From the NCBI RefSeq assembly GCF_000004825.1, contig NW_008805072.1:684435-748434 (forward strand): a stretch of DNA of 64,000 bases. The letters are read 5' to 3'. The notes beneath the pieces are model-generated. The model was not told where the DNA came from and ran no database searches. It saw only the letters and a list, made by a program, of their open reading frames with translations. Each line of letters opens with the position of its first letter. Position 1 is the first letter of the stretch. Positions 28,343-41,016 of the stretch are shown here, piece after piece. The stretch is from Heterostelium pallidum (taxonomy: Eukaryota). Both the position numbers and the translations under genes were made by a program.

Positions 28343-29627
28343 TGAATTTACAATATTTTCAATGACCTGTGTTCTTTGTTGTTGGTTTTTTTTGACATTT
28401 CTTTTTTTTTTTTTTTTAATAATTTATTTTTTTAATATCTGATTATTATATTTTTGAAAAAGAAAGAAAATGTCAACCTTTTGTAACCTGTTCTTTATCT
28501 ATCTATCTATATTCTACAAATCTTTTAAATATTTAACTAATTAGATTTTGTCAATCTAAATCTTTGAATTTTATATATTTATATACTCTTAAAAAAAAAT
28601 GTAAAATACAACAAAGTTCTTTTTTGTGTTGATTGTGTGCTAAAATATAAATAGATATCTTGATGTATTGTTATATATATATAGAAGGTATTACAAAATA
28701 TTAAACTACAATAAATAATTTTGTACAACAATGAATATTATTTATATATAATTGTCAATACTATCTATGTAATATTATTATATTGTGTTGGTAGTATTAA
28801 CAATCTGAATGTAAACTGCAAGTGGACTTTGATTTTTTTTTTTTTGATTTTTTTTTTTCAAAATTGAAAAATAATAATTAAAAAATTTTTCAAAAGACAA
28901 TTCTGAGCATGCTTAAATTTATATTATTGTCTTGGTATTCTGATCACTCTTTGAAAAAAAAGAAAAAATGATATTTTGACTAGGCTCATGATCAAATAAA
29001 TAAAAAATAGTACTTCTTTTGTTTAATTTTGCAAATATATTCTATCTTTATTTTATTTATTAATAATAATAAAGGTTGTTGTTTTTTTATAACAATGAAG
29101 TAGTTAAGTGAAAACCCAACCAAATAGATTTAGATTTCGACGGCGGTCATAGTGACTAAAAGTCTACTCAGGTAGAGTCGTTTTTCTGACTAACTCTAGA
29201 GTTGATATTTCAGTGTCTCTACTCTTGATTTATGATGAGTTGACTGAATCAGAACATTCTGAAAGTGTTTTATAGATTTTCATTCACAATTCAAAGCTTT
29301 TTCAGTCAAGATTTTCATTAATCTTATTCTTTTGAGTCCATTTGAATAACTTTTTGATGACAATTCTATGTTTTTCAAACAATTGGGTGTTAGATAAACT
29401 TTATATCAAATATTGATATCATGCAAAAACTTACTTGGAGCTCTTTGAACATCGTATGAAATCATTGTGTCATTAATATTATAATCAAACATTTTAATAG
29501 AGTGTAAATTAAATTAATATGATTTTCGAAAATAACAAAGCTAAATATTTATTTATTTGTCTGTGATAATTACCAATGCTTAGGTTATCAAGTATTTATA
29601 GAAGACATCCTTTGAGAAAGTAATCAA

Positions 29628-29738
29628 TTTGTCAATCGTGTAATTGTCAATCATATAATATTTGTTTATTACCTTGCAAATTTTCAATCATGAATTTGTC
29701 AATCGTTGATTTTTTTTTTTTGTTGACAAATTTGTCAA
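29628..29738. promoter_or_regulatory. Cluster of three direct TTGTCAATC(G) motifs plus the 16-bp perfect palindrome ttgacaaatttgtcaa, in the MROH1-like / MVP divergent intergenic region
   Basis: tttgtcaatcg at 29628-29638, attgtcaatc at 29643-29652, tttgtcaatcg at 29695-29705, and the palindrome at 29723-29738 flanked by T13 and A9 runs. Confidence 0.6.
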
Positions 29739-30675
29739 AAAAAAAAGTCGATATTTTTCGAATCGGATTCAAAGCCCAAAAATAACACAATAGATGATAA
29801 ATCTTTATTTATTAAATATATATGTAAATGAAAAAATTGTTTTATTTGATCTAAATTTTGTTTATCAAAGTAATTACCTAACCTAAACATTAAACTAATA
29901 AATAAAAATAAACTTTGTAAATTTTGTTGATTATGAACACACCTCAATGAAAATAAGAAAAAAATGAAAAAGATGATAAACTTTATAACTAATAATCTTT
30001 GTGTGTGAAATATTAAAATTGTTTTTATTTATTTATTTTTGTCTATTCTCAAAGTAATTACTTAGATCAATAACAATTTTACAAAAAATCAAATATATTA
30101 AATTAAACAATAACAAGAAAAATGATTAATTTGATCCAAATCATTAATATTATAAAAAAATTAAAAAAAAAATCAAAAAAAGTTAAGATATTAAAAAAAA
30201 ATGATAATAATAAAAAAACAAAATTCAATAATTTTCAAAAAAAATTAATAAAAAAAAGTTTGAAAGGGTTGAAGTTGGTCTTTGTGAGAAAAAAAGCTCA
30301 TTGTGCCCCTGTTTTTAGTGAGTTTTTTAATTCAAAAATATCAAAGGAGAAAATTCCAAGAATGTTGAAATTTTTAAATATCAAAATTTATTTGGAATTT
30401 TTGTCAAACAAAAGCTAATGTCAATCTTTATTTAAATTTAAAAGCTCAGTTGAAACTCCATCATCAACAACTTATTAAATCATCTATCAATCAACAACTT
30501 ATTGTTTATATCTATTCTATTCCAATTAATATATACAATTATTATTTCTTAACACAAATAATAATAATATATTAAATTTTTTTAAACAACTACTTTTTCC
30601 TCTCAACATCTAAATCTCTGTTTGTAATCTTATATCTATTTTCTTTACTTTTCTTTTAAATAACATATATATAAA

Positions 30676-33327
30676 ATGGCCACTCCATCTACAGTCATTA
30701 GAATCAAGCCACACCAATACATTCATGTAAGTAATAATTAATTAATATGATAAAGTTAAAGTTGTATAAAAAAAAAATTATTAATCTTTTATTATTTTTT
30801 TATCTTTTTTCTTCTTTTTTTTTTTTACTATTAATAATAGGTATTGGATAATAATACAAATGTAACTCGTGTTGAAGTTGGTCCACAAACATTCACTAGA
30901 TTGGATCATGAAAAAGTATTGACTGCTACCCCATTGCCAATGATTTTGATCCCACCAAGAAACTATTGCATTGTAGAGAATCCAATTATTAAAGATAAGG
31001 ATGGTAAATTGGTGATTGACCAATTCCAACAACCAAAGTTGCGTCACGGTGATCAAGAGATCCGTTTCGCCCAAGATCCATTCCCATTATACCCAGGTGA
31101 AATCTTGGCTGCCGCACCAGTCCCACTCAACGTTGTTCAAGCCAACAATGCTTTGCGTTTGAGATGTCTTCGTGACTTTGTTGATATTGTCGATAAGAAG
31201 GAAGTTGTTCGTGTCGCTGGTGACGAATGGTTGTTCGAAGGTCCAGGTACCTACTACCCACGTGTTGAAGTACAAGTTTTGGAGGGTGTCAAGGCTATCA
31301 TCATCAAGGAGAATCAAGCCTTGAAGTTGAAGGCTCGTCTTACCACCAAGGATCGTAAGGGTGTTCTCCGTCAAGTCAACGAAGAATGGTTGATCCGTGA
31401 TTCTGGTGCCTACTTACCAGGTGTAAATGAAGAGATCGTCGGTTTCGTCCAAGCCCTCGTTTTGACCGACCGTATCGGTTACCACTTGGTCGCCTTGCGT
31501 TCATTCAAGGATATCTTTGGAAAGTTGAGAAAGGCCGGTGAGGAATGGATCATCACCTTGAAGGACTGTGACACTTATATCCCAGATGTCAACGAGAAGG
31601 TCCTCCGTGACGTCAAGGCCATCACCTTGACCAACCGTCAATACTGTATCGTCGATTCTCCAGTCGACCCAGCCACCGGAAAGAACTTGCTCGGTCACCA
31701 AGATCTCCGTAAGGGTGAACGTACTTTCTTCTTGTTGCCAGGTGAATCATTGGTCAAGGGAATTCAAAACGTCAACGTCTTGTCAGAAGATGAGGCTTTG
31801 TTGCTCTCTTCCACCGAATCCTTCCAAGACAAGACCGGAAAGGAGGTCGTCAACCGTAAGCCAGGTGATTTGTGGATGATCTACGGTCCATGTGACTACA
31901 TCCCACCAATTCAAGTCGATATTGTCGAGCGTCGTAAGCGTATTCCACTCGACGTCAACGAGGGTATCTACGTTCGTGACACCAAGACCGGTAAGGTTCG
32001 TTCTGTCATCGGTTCCTCATACATGTTGCTCCCTAACGAGGAGAGATGGGCCAAGCCATTGACCCCAATCGTTGAGGAACTCCTCTCAAAGTCTGCCACA
32101 CGTGACGTCAACGAGGAGCACAACGAAGTCGACCGTGACTCCACCAAGGTTGTCACCTACCGTGTTCCACACAAGGCTGCCGTTCAAATCTACGATTACC
32201 GTAAGAAGGAAGCCCGTGTTGTCTTTGGTCCAGAGTTAGTCATGTTGGCCCCAGACGAAGAATTCACCGTTCTTTCATTGTCTGGTAAGATTCCAAAGCG
32301 TCCAAATCACATTCGTTCACTCGCCCTCTTCTTGGGTCCAGATTTCATGACTGACTTGATCACCGTCGAAACCGCCGACCATGCTCGTCTCTCATTGAAG
32401 TTGTCCTACAACTGGGAGTTCCAAATCGACAGCGCCAACCCATCCAAGTTGTTTGCCACTGCTGATTTCACTGGTGATTTGTGTAAGGCCACCGGTTCAT
32501 TGGTAAGAGCTGCCGTCGCCTCCTCCACTTTCGACAACTTCCACAAGCACTCTTCAGATATCATCCAAACTGCCGTCTTTGGTAAGGATGAGGAAGGTAA
32601 GCCAAACAACCGTTTGGTCTTTGAAACCAACGGTTTGGTCATCACAAACATTGACGTTCAATCTGTCGAGCCAGTCGACCAACGTACTTTGGACTCCTTG
32701 CAAAAGTCTGTCCAATTGGCTATCGAAATTACCACCAAGTCACAAGAAGCCACTGCTCGTCAAGAAGCTGAACGTTTGGAGCAAATGGCTCGTGGTGAAT
32801 TAGATCGTCAAAAGATTCTCGACGAAGCTGAGGCTGAGAAGTCTCGTGCCAACTTGGTTAAGTTGCAAGCCGAGTCAGCATCCGTTGAATCCACTGGTCA
32901 AGCTATTGCCGAGGCTCGTGCTCGTGCTGAAGCCGCTTTGATTGCCACCGAATCTGAGGTCAAGAAGACCAAGTTGGAGTGTCAAGCTCAAGAAATCGAA
33001 GCCTGTGCTGAGCTCGAAGAGGAAGTTGCCAAGCACGAAGTCGAAATCGAACACACCAAGCTTTTGAACGAATTGGAAGTCTCCAAGGCTCAACAATTGG
33101 CCGATATCGAAGTCTCCAAATTCTCCAACCAAGTCACTGCTCTTGGTACCGACACCATCAAATCCATCGCCCAAGCTGGTCCAGAGATGCAAGCCAAATT
33201 GCTCCAAGGTTTGGGTCTCAAGTCCGTCTTGCTCACCGACGGTTCCTCCCCAATCAATCTTTTCAACACTGCTGCAGGTTTAATCGGTGGTCCACAAACC
33301 GGAAACGTTGAATCATTCGACGAATAA
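30676..33327 (+). CDS. mvp: Major vault protein (MVP); CDS join(30676..30726,30841..33327)
   Basis: The N-terminus [17 protein letters not shown]|[18 protein letters not shown] matches human MVP [35 protein letters not shown]. It is collinear through the MVP repeats, the shoulder domain and the C-terminal coiled-coil cap helix ([18 protein letters not shown]). Codon usage is GGT/CCA/ACC-biased, which is typical of highly expressed genes. The single intron is 114 nt, from GTAAGT to AATAG. Confidence 0.93.
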
Positions 33328-33854
33328 ACAATATGACGACCAAAAAGTAGTAAATTAATATCAACAACCCATCAAAAAAACAAATCAATGATATTAATAA
33401 TATTATCTAGCAAACTTGAAAATTAATACTTTCAAGATGAATATATAAATAAACAAACTTTGTAAAATATATCACAAAATATAATTTTTTTTTTGTATTA
33501 TTATTTTTTTTAAATTCAAATTTAACAGTTGCTCAAACCCTTTAATGATCTCTTTAAAAAGATTTATAGTGTTTGCTCAAATTACATTAAAAATATAAAC
33601 AGTTGATACTTTTTTGTTTTGTTTTTTAATTATCTGTGAACCTGTAAGCTTCTGTGAACTCAAAATCTTATTTTAACAACTCTATTTCACAGTTTACCTT
33701 TCATCATTTGCGCGAAATTAGAAGATGCCTCAAGTCCAATGTGTGAACAGAAAATCTAAAAGTAGACGGGTTTAAAATAAAATATACAAATGTATACAAG
33801 TAGTTTTATCACTTCCTCTCTGAAAAAAAAAAACAAATCAATTTTTTATTTAGA

Positions 33855-36800
33855 TTAATAGTTATTGGAGAATACGACTCTTGCTTGAATAATGGAAGCT
33901 AATTCTTTACAAAATTCTTCAATAATAATAACAGAATTGAGAAAATCAATATTTTTTTGGTTCAGTGTTGAGAGAATTGAATTTGGTGGGAATTTGTTAT
34001 CATCATTAATGTTGGTAATGTCTGTCATAAATATTCTGAATTGGTCCAGTATCTCATTGAATGAATTAAACGATTGTGATTTCTCTTCAATTTGTTCAGA
34101 CAACTAGAAATATTTGAAATATTAGTTTAATATGATCATAAATGTTATTGATGAAAGAGCTTACATTTAACAAAATAGAGTATAATGATAGTTGTGAGAG
34201 AGAGCTTGAAGTTTCATCCTCTTGCTGTTGTAGTTGTTGTGATGAAATGATCGGTGACATGGTGCTAAGCGGACAATGAACTAAATAAGGATAGAGTTGA
34301 GGACATGGATAGTAACAGAGTTTCGATAGAATTCCAGTAATTATAAAGTTTAGATCGATTGGTAGATTGACCATATTTCTAACTAGTTTGAATATTTCTT
34401 CTAAGAATGGCCCAATTTGATGTTGCTGTTGTTGAGTATTACTATTGTTATTATTATTGTTGTTGCTGTTATTGAAATCATTGTTTTGTTGTTGAGTGCT
34501 AGCTACTGCTGGTACTGGAGAAGAGGATGATGAAGATAGTGATAAGGGTGATGATATTGAGTTTGATGATGATGTTGTTGTTGGTGGTGAAGATAAATTT
34601 ACATTATCACTATTTGACTTTTGTAGTTGGTTGGTGTTATTTGATGGTGTTGTTGGTTTAAATGAATTTAAAGTGATTGCTACTGTATTGTTATATACCT
34701 CCTTTGTTATAAAGAGGAAATTGGGTGGCCACTGAGCACATGCCGAACTGTAGAGTGATACCTGATATCTGGCATCGACCAGATAGGCAGAGTAGCCGTT
34801 TGTCTGTGAAGATGTCTTGTTTTGAAAGATATCTGTTAATCCAGTTTCAGTTCCGTGCGATGGGATGTTGGTATATCGATTTCCAAACAAAGTCAGATAG
34901 TTGGTGATTGACTTTTGTGCCTGCTGTAATGTTGCAAAGTTTTGATAGGAGAATCTGGTGTTCTCAGGTGATGGAGGTGGTAAATTCACCAATATCAAAT
35001 TATAAATGACTACGAAATTATGTAAACCTATCAATGTTGAAAATAATCTTAAACATGATAACGATACCTAAAAAAAGTAATAACAATGTTAATAGATTTG
35101 TAATAACCAATTTTATCATTATTAATTCCAAATGTGATACATACAATATAATTTGGATGTGATATTCTCTTAATTAAAGTAGATCTAATAATATTGTCAT
35201 CTATATCGTCATCTGTAATGCTGCTGTTATTATTATTATTATTGTTATCGGATGATGACAATAGTTGTTTTCTATAGTCTGTCGGTTTAATTAGATCACC
35301 AACAAGGAATGTAATTATTTTCTGTGCGATTGGACCATGAAGTAATGATAGGATTTCACGTAGATACAACATTGCTGTGGCACAATGAACATCATCTGTA
35401 TGTAATAATGCTGGTCCCAGTGTATCTGTAATAAATAGATCCTCCCAAAGTTTAGTTATATATTCACCAATATCCTAATATATTAAAGTAAAAAAAAAAA
35501 AAAAAAAAAAAGTTAGAATATATTTATAAATATTAATAGATAGGTAGTTAATACAAACATTATGTTTAACAGTTGATAATGAACAACAAAAAGATACTCT
35601 TGTCTTGTAGTTCTCTAGTATTGATAGGTTTTCGGGTGCAATGGGTGGACCTGATTTACAATAGTTAATCGAGGCTATTGTGGGTGGTAACAGTTTGTAT
35701 ATCTTGAGTAACTCTGTCATTTGTATGTTAATGAAATTGATGTGATTCAAAAGTGCCAGTGGATCGGCGGCAATAAAGTCAATCTTGTCATCCTGTGATT
35801 GTTTCAATGGCGATAGAGGTGTTGGTGAAATCGGTGAGAGTGTAGGTGATGTGTTGTGGCTAGTCTTTGGATTGATACCATTGGAGTTGACACTCTGCTG
35901 CTGTTGCTGTAGTTGCTCAAGAGAATCGATCAATCCCTCTTTAAACTTGTCACGTGCATGATTCGCTTGGAGTAGTTCCGTGGTGATGCTGGTCGCAGGC
36001 ATCAACTCTAGACACTGAACCAGAGCTTTTCTGGCACGCTCGCCAACCGATCCCACCGTCCAGAGATGATGGAGCAGTCCTTGATAAACAATGAAATGCG
36101 CACCATACGGATACTCCACATCCTGGAAGAATCCAAGTAGTGTTGGATACATCTTTAGTTGTTTCGTTAGTACCTCGAGAAGGTTGACAAACTCACTGTC
36201 GTCATTCGATTGCTGTTGTTGTTGCTGAAGCGATGCCAGTCCAGGTACTAATCTATTCAGCTCGTTTGTCAAGTGTATATTCTGTTGTTGCTGCTGTTGT
36301 TTCCTGAATAGCTGATGCTGCTGTTGTTCTCTAGTTGTAATGATCGCTCTTATCAACCTACATATTGGCTTGTGCACACTCATATGTGGTAGCAATGGCA
36401 ATGACAAATCACTTAGTAAAATAGTAGTAGTTTGTAATACCAATTTTCTAACACCTGTTGGAGTCTAAAGTAATAATAGATTATCACATTATTAATTTGT
36501 TTTTTTTGTACACATTATATATACGTAATTAGATATCATACATCTCTTTCACCTAATAAACAAAGAGTTTCCAATATTCTATTCTTTAAAAAGAATTCCA
36601 AACATGGACCGGCATCACCAGATTTATTTTCCTCTATCAAAAGTGATACCATCGATATAATATGACCAGGTAACTGTAATTCATGGAAACTCTCAATATC
36701 ATCTATTTAATTATTGTGTGTTGTGTTGTTGTTGTTGTTTTTTGTTATATAAATTTTGTATGTTAATAAACAACAATTCAGATCTACTCTTAAAGTAAAG

Positions 36801-36936
36801 TAGGATGATGAATGATCTTACAATTTTTATCGATATAGAAAGTTTTTATTGATCTCCAATGGTTCTTGAGATCATCTAAATCGGAATGATAGGTAGGTGC
36901 TAACACTTCACCTATTGATGATAGAAATCTTTGCAT
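33855..36936 (-). CDS. FHIP (FTS- and Hook-interacting protein / FAM160-like, RAI16-like domain); CDS join(36822..36936,36542..36702,35598..36464,35145..35474,34165..35067,33855..34103)
   Basis: N-terminal DLDDLKNHWRSIKTF ~ FHIP MVFKNHWSQVVRIL. Middle EYITKLWEDLFITDTLGPALL ~ DYIHNGFLVPVMGPALH. VSLSCLRLFSTLIGL ~ LCMVSLSLFRTLLNL. C-terminal GPFLEEIFKLVRNMVNLPIDLNFIITGILSKLCYYPCPQL ~ GPFMAVLFAKLENMLQNSVYVNFLLTGLVAQLACHPQPLL. Five introns of 61-123 nt have canonical donors. Poly-N/Q/S low-complexity inserts are present. Confidence 0.78.
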
Positions 36937-37922
36937 TGCTATTACCTATTGATGTTTTACCTCAGCCTATGAATAAACATGTACTACTAAACTATCAATA
37001 TCGACCATCAATTAATTACAAATATATATGATTATTATTATTATTAGCTAATTTAAACTATTATGATAGATATTATATAATAATATATGATAATAATCAA
37101 TGAATTTTAAAGAATAATATATCAATAAAGGTGTGTGGGTGTGAACATAAATATCATTTCATAATAATTTTACCAAAAGTTTGTTGATTTTTTTTTTTTC
37201 ATTTTTTTTTTAATTATTTATGATTATGCACCTTTTCCATCATCGACCTTACCAAACTTCTTCTTTGTTTTTGAAGTTTCAAATAAAATAACAAAACATA
37301 TAAAAAGATCACAATTAATAATTGTTCTATTTAGAAATATTTTTTTCATTTTTATTATTGTAACTTGAAATTATTTAAAAAATTAAATCTTGTATATACT
37401 CAATAAAATTGAAAATTAAAACAAATGAACAAATCAATTAATCCTCCAATCAGATCAGTTCTTTTTTTAAACCAAATCATTTTTAAACAAAATAATAACT
37501 TACGTACGATTAACAAAAAAGTTATTATTATTATTGAAATTAATAATGCAAAAGAAATTTATTTAACTTGATTGTCAATCAAAAACAAAACTAAATAGAT
37601 TTATATTATTGGGGTGATTTCAATCCCAAAAATGAGATTGATTGAAAAGGATATAAAAAGTAAGTTTGCTTTTTACTATTTTCGTTTTTCTTATTTACGG
37701 TGATTTTAATTGGTCTGATCTGTGAATGATTTTTTGTAAATAGCCTTGTTTCATCCCTCATTTACTGATCCCTCATTTGAACAAATCAATTTCAATCCGT
37801 TAATGATTTTCTATCTGTAGAATGAAAACTATAAATAAATTAAACTTTCTTTACGAATCATTATTAAATTATTTTCTTTACTTCATTATCAACAAATAAA
37901 CAAACGAAGAAATTCATTTAAA

Positions 37923-38933
37923 ATGAATAGATATCAAATATTACTATTTTTATTATATTCCATTTCAATTATAAATTCCATTAGTGCACTAGAACAATGT
38001 ACAATTCCATATTGTATGAGCAATGACAAATGCTATACTGATTACTGTCCTATTGGTGTTGGTTGCTCACACACCCAAGTAGTTTGTAATTCCAACAATA
38101 AATGCTTGATTGATGGATGCCACCCTTCACTTGGATGTACTACCACTCCAAAGAATTGTAACGATGCCAATGCCAACACCCATGATTTGTGTATTCCCAA
38201 TATCGGTTGCCTCAACGTACCATACTCCTGTGATAACACTTCCAATCCATTGAGCTGTCCAAACTCAGATCCATGCGAGACCAATTTTGTAGAGAATGGA
38301 AAGTGTTGCTATCACACCACTGTTTGTGACGATGCCAATCCATGTACTTCCGACTCGTGTAGTTCAACTTTGGGTGGATGCCAACATCAACCAGTTACTT
38401 GCAATGACAACAATCCATGTACAATCGATTCATGCAATGTCAAAGCCGGCTGTACCTACACTCCAAACACCTGTACTGACAACAATGTATGTACCATCGA
38501 TTCATGTAATCCTTCCAATGGTGATTGCATTCACACACCTATCGACTGTAATGATAACAATCCAAATACAGTCGATCAATGTGATCCAACTATTGGATGC
38601 ATTCACCATCCTTTAAATAGCTGTAATGATGGTAACCTCTGTACCATCGATACATTGAATACCGTCACTGGTGAGTGCCAATATACACCTAAATTCTGTG
38701 GAGATGAAACATTCTGTATCAAATTCCCATGTAACCCTGCCACTGGTTCTTGCGGTGTTGCCTACACCAACTGTAGCGATGGAAATCCATGTACCTACGA
38801 TTTTTGTGATTCTGGAACGATGACTTGTTCCCACAAACCAATTAATTGTTTCGATAACAACAGATGCACCTTTGATAGCTGTAATCCATCCAACGGACAA
38901 TGTATAAATACTCCAATAACTAATTGTTATTAA
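37923..38933 (+). CDS. Secreted cysteine-rich repeat protein with about 24-aa CxDxNxCTxDxC (Dictyostelium CTDC-like) repeats; single exon
   Basis: Signal peptide MNRYQILLFLLYSISIINSISA, then 12 or more tandem C-rich modules (...CNDNNPCTIDSCN..., ...CTDNNVCTIDSCNPSNGDC...). Confidence 0.75.
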   Translation: MNRYQILLFLLYSISIINSISALEQCTIPYCMSNDKCYTDYCPIGVGCSHTQVVCNSNNKCLIDGCHPSLGCTTTPKNCNDANANTHDLCIPNIGCLNVPYSCDNTSNPLSCPNSDPCETNFVENGKCCYHTTVCDDANPCTSDSCSSTLGGCQHQPVTCNDNNPCTIDSCNVKAGCTYTPNTCTDNNVCTIDSCNPSNGDCIHTPIDCNDNNPNTVDQCDPTIGCIHHPLNSCNDGNLCTIDTLNTVTGECQYTPKFCGDETFCIKFPCNPATGSCGVAYTNCSDGNPCTYDFCDSGTMTCSHKPINCFDNNRCTFDSCNPSNGQCINTPITNCY

Positions 38934-39478
38934 TCTAGCATCTGTCTTCAACCAATAATATTCAATAAACAATTTTAAAAAAATTAACTTTTTGTTAATA
39001 AATAAATATCATCTTTATAAATTATCTTTCTAATTACAATAATATTATTAACAATTTATTTAATGATATATAGATTTAAATGAATTTTAGTTGAAGGTTG
39101 TTATTGACGTATCACTTTACACTTAAGCATAGATAGTTTCAATTAACTTCATAACGAAAATACTAGAGTCTTCTAGTGGGATATCGACTGGATTCTCAAC
39201 ACACTCTGCCACCGAAGAACAATTATCAATTGAAATTGGTGTGTATGAAAGTTCACTGTCTGTAATTACAATCTCTCCTTGTATTTCTAAAATAATATTA
39301 ATAATATTAATAAATTATTTCAATATAATGTTCAGTTGCTTAAGCACTACTTACTTCTTAGAGTATTCTTTTGAGATTGAGCCAACATTTCATATTTACT
39401 ATCACTTACTTGATTCAATTTAATTGAAGTAAGTTTATGATAAAGTTGTAAATAGTTTTGCTTTAATTTATCTATTAA

Positions 39479-41016
39479 TTAATAATTAAAAAATAAGTAA
39501 ACTACAGAACAATATTGTTTAGTATAATATAATAACATACTCTGACTGTCAATGGTATCCAATTTTGATTTCAATTCTTGAAGTTCCTGTGCCAATGATC
39601 TTTGTGATTTCAATGAGTCTTGATGCTCCTTCAAACGTTTATCTTCGAGTTGTTCGATCTCCTCTGTGAGTTGCTTCTCAATGACAGAGATCTCTACGTT
39701 CTTTTGGTCGAGCAGCTGGTCGTTCAACTTCTTTAGCTTGGTCTCAGACTGTACAAACTCGTCGTGAATCTTTATGATGTTGTCTTCGTTGGCCTGCTTC
39801 AATTTCTTCATTTGTTGCTCGTAGTAGTTCTTGACCTCGATGATACGCGACTCAAAGTCCTCGGCCTTTTGCTTGTCGGCCAACATCCACTCGTCGATGA
39901 GCTTCTGCTTACCGTCCTGGAAGAGATTGGAACGGTCCTTATTCTCTTGGACCATCTCATTGAGACGAGTGGTGAGTGCTTCGTTCTCACCCTGGAGTTG
40001 AGCAATCATTCTACGTGATTCGGCCAAACGATCGTTGACTTCACTGCTCATAGAGTCGACTGCTCTCTGGCTCTCGTATCGCTCATTGGTGTGCTTCTCA
40101 ATCAACGACTCGAATTGTTGATTGGCCGATTGCATCTTTCTCTCAAACTCCTCCTTCATCTCTGCCATTTGACTGATTAATGAATTCTTTTCTTCATTCA
40201 ACTGTGAAATTACCTTATCATCCTCTATTTTGATTTCGAAAAACAAAAAAACAATATTAATATTTGTTGGATTTCCCATTCAATATAAATATAAATACCT
40301 TTGATCTTATCATTAAGAACTTGTTTAATTTGTTCGAGTTTGAACTTCTCTTCTAGATCTCTACGGTCGTTCAATTGTTTCTGGAGATTGTCATAGTCAC
40401 ATCCATATTTATTATTGAGTGCTTCATTCAATAATTTATTTTTTTGTTGGAGAACTTCCACCTGGAACTTCAATTGTGATATATATTTCTTTGAGTCTTT
40501 AAATTAAGAAAATAAAATAAAAAATACATTTAATAAGAATGATAACTAATTAAATATAAAACTATTTATAACACTTACCAGAGTCACGCTTTTCAGCAGC
40601 AATCTTAAAGTCTTCAAACAAATTCTCTGTATCGGTATGCTTCATCTTTTTAAAGAGTGTAAATTTATCCTTTAATTCAATATACTAAAATAAAAGTAGA
40701 GCTAGAATTAATATAAATTATCACAATATATTATTTTTATGAAATCTACCTTCTTCTTATATTCACTGTCTTTTGGTTGTGTATTGATTGCATTGTTTGT
40801 ATTGTTGATGATATTCGAAAGGATGGAGGAGTAGTTTATATTTGTATTATTGTTGGCAGTGGTAGCAATCTTTTCGAAACGCTCTGACAACTGATTGATA
40901 TGATTTTGATTATTCTCTTGTAGTGTAACATTATTTTCCTCCATTTCTTGATCCTTCTCTGGTGAAGCAGGCACAATTGCCTTAACTTGTTTCTTTGTTG
41001 CTGCTTTCTTTACCAT
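39479..41016 (-). CDS. Coiled-coil protein of unknown function; CDS join(40750..41016,40579..40684,40299..40496,39479..40224)
   Basis: Four ORF-track pieces join through GTAGAT, GTAAGT and GTATTT donors and T-rich AG acceptors with consistent phases. The sequence is heptad-rich (KKLKQANEDNIIKIHDEFVQSETKLKKLNDQLLDQ...). No recognisable family is seen. Confidence 0.62.

Noticed and set aside
28395-28410. ATG TCA AAA AAA... as the start of the MROH1-like gene
   Set aside because: It is in a different frame from the 717-codon ORF and terminates after 16 codons. No canonical donor places it in phase.
29745-29775. TTCGAATC (tRNA T-loop-like) string, and a general tRNA search
   Set aside because: There are no flanking acceptor or T-stem complementarity, and no tRNA cloverleaf could be drawn here or elsewhere in the window.
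30781-33207. Minus-strand ORFs of 60-110 aa
   Set aside because: They are antisense to the MVP coding exon, which has strong homology and codon bias on the + strand.
38042-38972. ORFs 38042..38284 (-), 38296..38616 (+) and 38613..38972 (-)
   Set aside because: They are alternative-frame or antisense readings of the Cys-rich repeat gene 37923..38933.
39502-39540. Possible last intron in the coiled-coil gene (GTATGT...TTCTGTAG)
   Set aside because: It would be only 39 nt long, shorter than any other intron in the window (minimum 56 nt). The read-through is in frame, so I kept it as exon.
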